Shown: piece after piece, positions 12,529-23,557 of the stretch
Position numbering within the stretch: position 1 is the first letter of the stretch
Layout of the letters: each line of letters opens with the position of its first letter
DNA from: Utricularia gibba
Taxonomy: Eukaryota > Plantae > Magnoliophyta
Assembly (NCBI GenBank): GCA_002189035.1
Contig: NEEC01000018.1
Span: forward strand, 1-64,000
Direction of reading: 5' to 3'
Length of the DNA stretch: 64,000 nucleotides
Program-made: the position numbers and the translations under genes
Notes under the pieces: model-generated
Told to the model about the DNA's origin: nothing
The model's input: only the letters and a program-made list of their open reading frames with translations
The model's database searches: none

Positions 12529-13344
12529 TGCCATGCTTTTCTACGCATTAACATCCATGCGCACCTCCTCTCTTCTCTCCACTGCTGGACAGATCTCGCT
12601 AGCTTTACTGTTATGTGGAAGTGTTTCGGACTTCTTAACGATTGGACAGGTGAATGAGATCGGTTGCCTATTGTTGCTCCCGTTTAAATACATGAGGATG
12701 TGTGGAGATTAGACAAGCACTGATGTGCAAGTCCAAAGCACCATAAAGTCCATCCCATGGCCTCTAAACAAGTACTTCACCATTCATGTATCGTCAAACG
12801 ATACCAAGGGGTACACCTTGAGCAACGACATGGGTTATAACAGTAACAAGATCCCACACTGCTTAGTGTATCTTGTTGCTTTCTCTCGTGATGTTCCATG
12901 GTATCATGGTGAGACGTTCGAAGAGGAGTTACAAGTTCACTCCATGGTGGATCATGGTGCACCATTGTGACTTTTTTGAGGGTGTTATGTGGTGCAACAA
13001 ACTCAGCCAACAACTAATGAATATTACAATGTGACCATGGAGCCTCCATGTACTTTACCAACCTCCAACAACGTGCGATGGAAACATTAAAAATGTTGAA
13101 TTCATTCTATGGAGCAGGTACGGTGTGGATGTGCTATCCAGCCTTTAGATGACTCCCATCCTGATCTCCAGAATGTTTGGATACAAAAATGAGCATGGTA
13201 CCATACGTTTGGGAGGAAAAAAACTTCAACCATGCAGTTTACAAGATACCATCCTTAACAAAAATACGTTGCGAGCCACGTAAGCTATTATTGTGTGGAC
13301 ATGATTCAATGAGAAGTGAGTCATAGAGCGCTGAAGAACATATT
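12529..13344. repeat. Repeat A segment
   Basis: Collinear with 1-760 and 1760-2640. Confidence 0.85.
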
Positions 13345-13761
13345 TGATACGACCCTCCAATTAACAAGTGATTGGCAAACCATATCTTGGTTAAAAAGAA
13401 GCAATCCCTCACGTAAAAGAAGCTGGCCCTCAAGGATTGAAAGATCCTTGCAACCTAAACTATAAAATGGTACCACACTCACAGAATCAAAGAAGGAATT
13501 GGGAGTGATAAACCACACACTAGACACCACAAGCAAGGCTTGATAAGTCTAAGTTCTACAAGAACTCAAGGAAGGAGAATTGCTCTCAAAAGTGATTACC
13601 ATCAAAGTTGTTCTAAACAAGAGTAAGGCCCTTCTTATATAGATGTAGGATTGGGCCTTCTTAGAAGAAAAGTAGTAATAATAATGTATATGGGCATAAT
13701 GGGCCTTCTCTAATCAAGTTGATCCACTTTGAGAAGGTTGAATTCTATGCCAAACATCTCA

Positions 13762-14697
13762 GGTCGCGATTGGTTGCTTGGTTTAGGTGGGTTGCGGTGT
13801 GGGTTAAAGGATAAACCCGCATTTGATACGTGGGTTTCAGGCAGGAAAAAATAAACCCGCTTGCTGCCCATAAACCCGGCAGGAACCCGCCAAGCTGGGT
13901 TTAGCTAAACCCAGGGGGGGAGGGGGTCAACTTAGCTAAACCCAGCTCGGCGCTTCCAATTTTGCCTTCACGTGAACCACATTTGAACGCAAATCTATCA
14001 TAAACCAGATGAACAAATTTGAAGCTGATTTATTCAGATCTGTAACAATTTTTTTCAGATTTGTAACAGATTTGTTTAGATCTGTTCAAATCTGTTGGAG
14101 AAGAAGAAGAAGAAAAGGAAGAAGAAGAAGAAGAAAAGTAAGAAGAAGTGGAAGAAGAAGAAGAAGAAGAAGAAGAAGAAGAAAATAAAGAAGAAAAAGA
14201 TAAAGAGAAAGAAAGATGAAAGTACTAACATGTCTAATATTGTAGGTTTTCATTTTTGGTGCTAAATGTGATTTGTCGTTTTGAAGACGAGCACTACGTC
14301 TATTATTATCCGGTGCTTGTTGTAAAATGTAAATTTTTCGTTTTGAAGATGTGCACCGCCTCTATTATTACTCAGTGCTTGTTATAAAATATAGTTTCAA
14401 CTAAGCACCATGATTTATGCTATGCGGTCCTCAATTGAACTTATAAAATGATATAGAAAAATTAAATATGTGATAATTTACTTTAATTAACTAAAGGCTA
14501 TATTGGTAATTTCATATAAAAATCATCACAAACCCAATTTTATACCCACGTGCCAAACGTGTATTAGTTTTAAACCCAAATAATCTACACCCATCAACTA
14601 AACACGAATTGAACCCTTTAAACCCATAAAACCAGGTTATCAAAACCCAAATAAACTAAACTTGGGTTTAGGCCAAACCCAGCAACCAAATGTGCCC
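13762..14697. mobile_element. Tourist/PIF-type MITE (936 bp) inside the CRM LTR
   Basis: Imperfect TIRs GGTCGCGATTGGTTGCTTGG / GGGCACATTTGGTTGCTGGG (15/20). 3-bp TSD TCA (13759-13761, 14698-14700). The LTR sequence rejoins across it. No ORF. Confidence 0.8.
14099..14220 (+). repeat. Imperfect (GAA)n microsatellite within the MITE
   Basis: Visible gaagaagaa runs. Confidence 0.9.
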
Positions 14698-16127
14698 TCA
14701 TATCTTTGTTGATTGGCCCATAGGCCCTTAAGCATCTCTTGATTCTTTCTTGCTATTGATCTAATGATTGGCCCAACTGAAATAAATAGAGTATTATTGA
14801 TCTTGTGTTCTTTATCTTCATTGGGATAATCTCTTGCATCCATGATCTCATCATCCCCCTCTTCTTTTAGAAGATTCATCCTTGAATCATCACCATCTAC
14901 ATCACAAGGAACCAAGTCAGCAATATTGAACGTAGAGTGCACTGAAAACTCACTTGGAAGACCAATCTTATAAGCATTGTCATTGATTTTTCTCAATGAC
15001 TTGAAATGGTCCATCTCCTCTTGGTGAAAGCTTTGAATGTCTCTTGCTTGGAAATCTTTCCTTTCGAAAATGTACCCAAACCCAATCTCCTAGTTGTAGA
15101 GTAACTCTCTTCCTATGTTTATTTTCTTTAGCTGCATACTCCTTGTTTTTGGCTTCCAATTGATTTCGAACCTTCTCATGTAGTGTTTTGATGGCATCTG
15201 CTCTCTTAGCACCATCAAAACTACGAAATTCATATATGTCAAGGGCAATAAGTCTATAGGAGCATGAGGATTAAAACCATACACAATTTCAAAGAAGAAC
15301 AACATGTAGAAGAATGTACTGCTCTATTATATACAAACTCAACATGAGGTAAGCAATCTTCCCATGTTCTAATGTTCCTTTTGATGATGGCTCGAAGTAA
15401 GGTAGCTAGGGTTCGGTTTGTTACCTCGATTTTTCCATCAGTTTGGGGATGACAAGTAGTAGAGAAAAGAAGTTTTGTTTCCAACTTACTCCAAAGTGTG
15501 TGCTAAAAGTGGGTGAGAAACTGTGTCACGATCACTTACAATGGTAAGTGGCATGCCATGAAGTCTAACAATCTCCTTAAAGAATAAATTGGCAACATGT
15601 CAAGCATCATCAGTCTTGTGACAAGGGATGAAATGTGCCATCTTGGAGAACCAGTCCACGACTACAAATATTGAATCCTTTACCTTTTGAGTCCTTGGTA
15701 ATCCTAAAACAAAATCCATAAAAAGGTCAATCCAAGGGTAAAGAGGAGTAGGAAGAGGAGTGTACAATCCTTAAGAAGTTGATTTTGATTTGGCTTTCTT
15801 GCACACCAAACATCTTCCACAGATTCTTTCCACATCTTTTCTCATGTGTGGCCAATAGAAGTGTTGTTGAAGCATGTCCAACGTCTTGTGACCCCAAAAT
15901 GCCCCATTAGACCACCACTATGAGCCTCTTTCACTAAAAACTCACGAATTGAACATTGAGGAATGCATAATCTATTCTTCTTGAAAAGGAAATCATCTTG
16001 CCTATGGAAGTTTCAAGAGGTTTATGTTCACATGAAAGATAAATATCTTTAAAATCATGTTCAAGACTGTAAAATTCTTTTATCGTTGTCAATCCAAGAA
16101 TTTGAGCATCAAGAGTAGCTTATTTTT

Positions 16128-16800
16128 AAGGAGTCACATCCCTACTCATCCATACTAGGCAAGCCATGGTTAGGCTCCCATTATTAATGAGCGAAAATGT
16201 GAGCTTAAGATCAAGATAACTTTGTTAACATCAAGTCTAAGATTACTTGCACGGCTGTCATAATCGAGATCTTGCTACTGACACTTGGTTAGCTTCTCAT
16301 AGTAGTATCTCGAAGATGAGTCATCTAGTGAATCGATTCTCTAATCGACACCCACACATAGGTTCTAGTAATCTCATTACGTCAATTGTGAGAACCATTG
16401 CCTAAACAGTTTAGGGAACTCAATGTGTGCCAACTTATCCGTATTTGTGATATCCTCATTTCACAAATACTCTAGCCAGGGAGTTTTAACTTGATCATGA
16501 GTGCTTGAAGAATCTCACATTATGATCTCATCATAATTTCTATAGCACATAGATCAAGTAGAGGATTTTAACAATGATATAAATTTGATCACAATTCAAA
16601 GTAAATATCAAAAGATAACATTTTCCAATGAGTTGATTGTCTCTAGAACACATACACTAACAATCTCCCACTTGCATTAGAGCGAATCATTGATGTATCT
16701 TATACCAATGGACTCTATGTACTCCATTGACGTCCTAGTTCCATTGTGAATGGGTAGTCTTGCTTAAAACTTTTCTAAGTGACTGCACCTCCATTTAGGG
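16128..16800 (-). mobile_element. Angela-like copia 3' end: RNase H end, PPT, and partial 3' LTR (family B, 16128-16662)
   Basis: Minus strand ..ESIGIRYINDSL* is followed by caagtgggagat and TGTTAGTGTATG. Confidence 0.8.
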
Positions 16801-16914
16801 TGAATAATTATCTTGATTGAGACGTCAAGTCAAATGAGATCGGAAATATATTATCCCATTTGGAGATCTTGACTACCATAAATCAGGAAAATGACTTTAG
16901 TCCTTCTCAAGTAC

Positions 16915-17300
16915 TAACACTAGCAAGGAAGAACATTAATCTCATGACTATGAAGACTTTCTCAAGTTGGGAGATCTCGGTCTGGGGAGGGGGGGGGGTG
17001 GAGTGTTGGAGATCCGCCTCAATACAAAGGATGAAGTTGATTGGAAGCACTAATCTTGTGTCATAAAGTCATGTTTTAGTTAAAAAGTGTTGCATTCGAG
17101 TTGTTGGGCTTTTTTGTGTTTTTAATGATTGTGACCCACTGTTGGGTAACCTAGGTATTGGGCATATATAAACCCTACTAGGAACATGCGTGAATCAGGT
17201 TTTCGGTCATTCTTATTGTTCATGAGTTCTTCATCATCCAAAGTGATCTCATATGAATTATCCCTTTGTTCCATCCCAAGACTCTATCTTTCTAGCATCA
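16915..17300 (+). mobile_element. Copia family C 3' end with G-rich PPT and ~297-bp LTR (17004-17300)
   Basis: TGTTGG...CATCA. Inverted homolog at 18044-18126 plus 19627-19930. Confidence 0.7.
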
Positions 17301-18043
17301 ATAGTAGGTATGGTGTGGATGTGCTATTTAGCCTTTAGATGACTCCCACCCTGATCTGCAAAATTTTCGAACACTTAAGTGGGCATGCGACTATAAGTTT
17401 GAGAGGAAAAAACCTTCAACCATGCAGTTTAGAGGATACCTTCCTAAACCAAAATACGTTGCGAGCCATGTAACCGATTATTGTGTTGACATCATTCACC
17501 GAGAAGTGAGTCATAGAGCATTGAAGAATATATCGATTGTGCATCTAGAGTGTCACGAATCCTAACCCCAAGCTCATAACTCGACCACTGACCACTTGTC
17601 CTTCGAATCATTGTGGCTCATGGATTAGATGGGCACTTTCCCTTACGAATTCGACCCTGATGGCATCGACTCCTGATGCATAACTCGATTTTCGCACTCG
17701 GCTTTGCAAAGAAGAGGGTAGCGTTCCTCGTAATCCATCCTGCTCAACCTCCAAACCTTTTCCTTCAAACGAGTCTACAAATACCCCGCATAGCTCCCAC
17801 ACCCCACATTCGTTTCGTTATATTGGAAAGCACAACTTGACCCTTAGGTATTGGTATTGTGTAGCAATTAGATCACGCCTTGCAACATGCATACTACATC
17901 ACTTGTGCCACTCCAATTGCTGTCCTTAGGATGCCTTTTACTCCGACAGTACACAAAGATAGAGACATCATTTTGGTAAGCAAAAGCTAAAGCCATGTGC
18001 ACTACACGCTAGTTTCCCACGTAGCCTAATGCCTTGACCATAT
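17301..18043. repeat. Repeat A segment
   Basis: Collinear with 530-815 and 1260-1586. It supplies the block deleted in other copies. Confidence 0.85.
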
Positions 18044-20245
18044 TGATGCAAGAAAGACAGAATCTTGGGAAGGAACAAAGCGATAATGCTTATAAGATCA
18101 CGTTGATGAAAAATGACTCATAAATGTGTTAGTGTATGTCTTCTAGAGACAATCAACTCATTGGCAAATCTTATCTTTTGATATTTACTTTGAATAATGA
18201 TCAAATTTATATCATTGATAAAATCCTCTACTTGATCTATGTGTTATAGAAATTATGATGAGATCACAATGTGAGATTCTTCAAGCACTCATGATCAAGT
18301 TAAAAACTCCCTAGCTAGAGTATTTGTGAAATGAGGATATCACAAATACGGATAAGCTGGCACACATTGAGTTCCCTAAATTGTTTAGGCAATGGTTCTC
18401 ACAATTGATGTAATGAGATTACTAGAACCTATGAGTGGGTGATGATTAGAGAATCGATTCATTGGATGACTCATCTTCGAGATGCTACTATGGGATGCTA
18501 ACAAAGTGTCAGTAGCAAGATCTCGAATATGGCAGCCGTGCAAGTAAGCTTAGACTTGAGGTCAACAAAGTTATCTTGATCTTAAACTCACATTTTCGCT
18601 CATTACTAATGGGAGCCTAACCATTGCTTGCCTAGTATGGATGAGTAGGGATGTGACTCCACAAGGTTGGAGATACTTGATTGATCAATAAAGGATTCAT
18701 CACTCATGTTAGCGATGAGATCATATCTCAAGTAATTGCATCAAAGCCTAACAGTAAGTCCTGGGCCCAGGGTAATGACACTCGAATTGTTTGAATAGGT
18801 CATTGAGTGTTAGTGCTTGAATGCAATTATAAATTCGATACATCAGAAAGACACACACCCATGTTCTGGTATCGAATGAGATATAAGTATGATGAAAGCT
18901 GTTCATTGCATGGTGGCTGGTCATGGAAAGGCTCAATCAGTTCACTTGATTATTCTTACATCTTGGGGATCATGATATATTGCTAGACATCACTCATGAT
19001 CGATAATGATGGATTTGATTAATTAAGAGATAATTAATAGATCCATTATTACGGCCTTAATTGAAGAAGCCTATAGGGTCACACACAATAGTGGAGTCAC
19101 TCAACGATATAAAATAGAATGACACAATTACATGAGATGTAATTTGTAAAGTTTATAAATTTAATTGAGAGTTATTTTGAGATTAATATTGATTAAACTC
19201 AAAATAAAACATCATATATAGATAAGATTTGGAACATATAGATATCTCCACAAGATAAGTTCTTTACGAAGATATGATTTGATATGCTACCATATATCTA
19301 CTAAAAGATTTAGATCTTGAGACATGCTCCATGGGTCTTCGTGCTCTCTAAGACTAATCCACAAGGGGGCGTTTTTCTCTACTAGCACCTGAGGAATTCA
19401 ACCAGCATTCAATAGCCTTGAGAAGGTTATCGACGGAGTGCTCCACGTGTGAATACCATAGAGGCCGTCTCCTATTGGCGGTTGGTGAACAACGGAGTCA
19501 TCTGAAAGGTATTTCAGCATCCCTTAGTCTGATGTATACGTATTCCAAGATCTGGGTTGGGGGTTTCTCAAAATTTTTAAAATTCGACTACTTTTGAGAC
19601 ATACGATGTCTACGAGAAACCCAACAAAATTATAAGAATGACTGAAAATCTAAATCACATGAGTTCCTAGTAGGGTATAAATATACTCGATACCTTGGTT
19701 ACCCAAAAATGGGTCATAATCAATAAAAAAAATAAAAAGCCCAACAACTCGAATTTCAAAACTTTTGAACTAGAACTTGACTTCATGACACAAGCTTAGT
19801 GCTTCCAATCACCTTCAACCTTTGGATTAAGGCTGATCGCCAACACTCCGCCCCACGACCGAGATCTCCCATCTCTAGAAAGTCTTCATAGTCATGAGAT
19901 TAATGTTCTTCCTTGCTAGCTCAAACTGAACTCTGTTGAAACCTATGATGAGCTCATCAGCAAGTTTATTCCCACACTCAACATACTGCATTTTGATCTT
20001 CTTCTCCTTGATGTAATTCCTTGTGACATGATACCTGATTCTTATGTGTTTGGCTTTGCTGAAGTTTGTTGGATCCTTGGCAATTGAGATTGCAGCTCAA
20101 TTGTCCATAAGCAGATATGAAGCTTCCTTCTGAATGAATCCAAGTTCGTTTAACATCTGTCTCAACCAATCGCAATAGTTCAAAGCATGTGCTGCAAAGA
20201 TGTATTTTGTTTCAGCTATTGATTGTGCTACCACTTGGTCAAACA
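18044..20245 (-). mobile_element. Copia family C RNase H, PPT and 3' LTR, interrupted by a family-B solo LTR
   Basis: RH-like peptide VVAQSIAETKY..LMDN*AAISIAKDP..KAKHIRIRYH. LTR C sequence is contiguous on both sides of 18127-19626. Confidence 0.75.
18127..19626 (+). mobile_element. Family-B solo LTR (1500 bp)
   Basis: TGTTAG...CCCAACA, flanks AAATG/AAATT. Confidence 0.9.
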
Positions 20246-20246
20246 A

Positions 20247-21310
20247 TGAAGATTTGGTCCAAGATTCGTGGATAAGATAGAGATATGAAGAAGATCTTCG
20301 AAGATTCGGATAAAAGATTTGGATAGATAATCTTATCCAAGCCCATCGAATAAGCTCAATACGAAGACTTGGATCTACTCTCTTATAAATACCCAACCCT
20401 CTCAACCATTAGAGACGTCTTTGACCACTTTTTCTTTGAATCTTTCCTATTTTCGTGTCTATTTTGATGTTTGAGTCGAGTCTGCGTGTGTAGGCGCTTG
20501 TGGCAGAGGATCTGCAGTGAAGCCTTGCTTGCGCAAGTCATGCGCGTGTGACTGCTTAACTATGTTTTTTGACATTTAAATTGAGGTTTGATTCTGTTTT
20601 TCGCAAAGTTTTCTTAATCAACGTGCTCTTTAGTATCACATAACCCGAAGGGAGTGTGAGAGAATACAAAGTTGGCCTCAAGCACCTAAGGAGAAGGGCT
20701 CAATCGGACATCGTTGGTAAGGCACATTCTGTCTAATCTGTCTGCGAGGTGTGAGGTGTAGGGGATAGATTTGGGTGTAGGGAAAACATGGTTTATCATA
20801 AGAGGTGAAATGACTCTGGTGGCGTAGTTGATTCCATAATCCCACAAAACAAGGGACGGTGCTATAACGGTCACCGAGTAGCACTACTTTAGAATAACAC
20901 CCCCAGAGCTTGCGCAAGTAGGTCAGTCTTCAAGGTTTACACACACAAGTTTGGGCGAGTTTTAAGCAAGGTGAATCCTGGATACAATGCCACTTGCAGA
21001 ATTACCATCAGTTCTGAAGCTGATTTTGCATTCTCATACATCTATATATGTTCAATTCCATCTTCAGTTTCTTGATTTGTCGAATTCCTAGAAGAGATGT
21101 TTTGAGACATATGTGTCCAAAGGTCACCTTTCACATGACTAAAGATGAATTTCCTCTCGTGAGGTATATGTTGCTATAACCAACAAATACACTAGATACC
21201 GATTTCTTATCAAGTTTTCCTCGTTTTTTGTGTGGTACATGAGTAAAACACAAACTACAAAAGATTCAGAGATGATCAACACTTTTCATATCACCATGTC
21301 ATCTTTGATG
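20247..21310. other. Unassigned LTR-like segment with a TATA-containing module shared with 24080-24330
   Basis: gataagat..ttatccaa..tataaatacc..ctctcaaccattagag aligns with 24080-24270. Termini not defined. Confidence 0.35.
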
Positions 21311-21394
21311 GGCGGTTTTTATTGGGTTTCTCGAAGACATCGCATGTGAAAAAATCAACGGAATTTCAAAATATTTGAGAAATCTCCAACGCAC

Positions 21395-22847
21395 TGTTGG
21401 GTTTCTCGTAGACATCGTATGTCTCAAAAGCAGAGGAATTTTAAAAATTTTGAGAAACCACCAACGCAGATTTTGGAATACGGTATACATCATACATAGG
21501 GATGTTCAAAGTACCCTTCAAATGACTCCGTTGTTCACCAACCGCCAATAGAAGACGGCCTCTATGGTATCCACACGTGGAGCACTTCGTCGATAACCTT
21601 CTCAAGGCTCTTGAATGCTGGTCGAATTTCTCACGTGCTAGTAGAGAAAAACGCCTCCTTGTGGATTAGTCTCAGAGAGCACGAAGACCTTTGGAGCAGA
21701 TCTCAAGATCTAAATCTTTTTTATAGATATTTTGTAACATATCAAATCATATCTATATGAGATCTTTTATTTTGAGTTTAATCAATATTAATCTCAAAAT
21801 AACTCTCAATTAAATTTATAAACTTTACAAATTACATCTCATGTAATTGTGTCATTCTATTTTATATCGTTGAGTGACTCCACTATTGTGTGTGACCCTA
21901 TAGGCTTCTTCAATTAAGGCCGTAATAATGGATCTATTAATTATCTCTTAATTAATCAAATCCATCATTATCGATCATGAGTGATGTCTAGCAATATATC
22001 ATGATCCCCAAGATGTAAGAATAATCAAGTGAACTGATTGAGCCTTTCCATGACCAGCCACCATGCAATGAACAGCTTTCATCATACTTATATCTCATTC
22101 GATACCAGAACATGGGTGTGTGTCTTTCTGATGTATCGAATTTATAATTGCATTCAAGCACTAACACTCAATGACCTATTCAAACAATTCGAGTGTCATT
22201 ACCCTGGGCCCAGGACTTACTGTTAGGCTTTGATGCAATTACTTGAGATATGATCTCATCGCTAACATGAGTGATGAATCCTTTATTGATCAATCAAGTA
22301 TCTCCAACCTTGTGGAGTCACATCCCTACTCATCCATACTAGGCAAGCAATGGTTAGGCTCCCATTAGTAATGAGCGAAAATGTGAGTTTAAGATCAAGA
22401 TAACTTTGTTGACCTCAAGTCTAAGCTTACTTGCACGGCTGCCATATTCGAGATCTTGCTACTGACACTTTGTTAGCATCCCATAGTAGCATCTCGAAGA
22501 TGAGTCATCCAATGAATCGATTCTCTAATCATCACCCACTCATAGGTTCTAGTAATCTCATTACATCAATTGTGAGAACCATTGCCTAAACAATTTAGGG
22601 AACTCAATGTGTGCCAGCTTATCCGTATTTGTGATATCCTCATTTCACAAATACTCTAGCTAGGGAGTTTTTAACTTGATCATGAGTGCTTGAAGAATCT
22701 CACATTGTGATCTCATCATAATTTCTATAACACATAGATCAAGTAGAGGATTTTATCAATGATATAAATTTGATCATTATTCAAAGTAAATATCAAAAGA
22801 TAAGATTTGCCAATGAGTTGATTGTCTCTAGAAGACATACACTAACA
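21395..22847 (-). mobile_element. Family-B LTR, inverted relative to 18127-19626, preceded by a duplicated ~75-bp LTR terminus (21320-21394)
   Basis: Plus strand TGTTGGG...CTAACA. Flanks CGCAC/CCACC do not form a TSD. Confidence 0.9.
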
Positions 22848-23557
22848 CCACCAACATCTGTATGCACAAGTTGTAGTTTTTCCTTTGCTACTAAATCATT
22901 GGAATAAAGTGGCTTTCTACATTGTTTACCTTAATAGCCAACTTCACATATGGCATCAGCAAACTTGATATCTTTTAATTCTAGTACATCGTTATTCTTC
23001 TACAATATTTTCACATTGTTGAAGCTATAGTGCCCAAAACGTTTGTGCTAAAGGCTGCTTTGATTCTTCTACAATTATGATCACTGACCATGATGTGGTC
23101 AACACAGCATGGAACTCAATCTTCCATGAAAAATACTCGAGAGGTTTTACCTCCCTATTTAGGATTTTGGGTTTAGTATTATCTTGTGTAAAATTCAAGC
23201 AAGAAGGTAAAACATGTCGACTTTTCTTGAAACACACATCCAAGTACTACCCTTGCCCATGATGTCCCCGACTTTGGAATTTTTTTGACATTCTGAGGAT
23301 AAGGCTTTGTACAATGTTGCCTGATTTTAAGGGTAATGAAATGACAATACGCCACAATTTGCAATGGGGAAATAGTATGTTCTTATCCATGTGCATCCAC
23401 ACAATGCATAGCATGCCATTTTGAAATGCATTTTGAGCATGAAGCAAAGTACTTGGGCTTAATTCCTTTTTTAGAAGTTTTAGTTGTCAGAAAGCTTTTG
23501 CAATGACATCACTCTTAAAAGTGATTCCATCATCCATACGAACAAAATTGTTATTTT
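22848..23557 (-). mobile_element. Degenerate copia pol fragment (protease to integrase start)
   Basis: Minus strand reads NFVRMDDGITF and ..ICEVGY*GKQCRK..KEKLQLVHTDVGG, cut by the LTR at 22847. Confidence 0.65.

Larger units (their letters stand above)
13345..16125 (-). mobile_element. CRM family-E 3' half: degenerate integrase (~16125-14870), PPT 14854-14870, 3' LTR 13345-14853 (570 bp once the MITE is removed)
   Basis: INT motifs [25 protein letters not shown] and TTCHPQTDG. The reading frame runs into the LTR (GPIIRSIARKNQEML), as in CRM elements. The LTR matches 6412-6980. Confidence 0.9.

Noticed and set aside
17608-17802. LRR-like GTLPSSL in a minus-strand ORF
   Set aside because: A single isolated match lacking the LxxLxLxxN pattern and any repeat periodicity.
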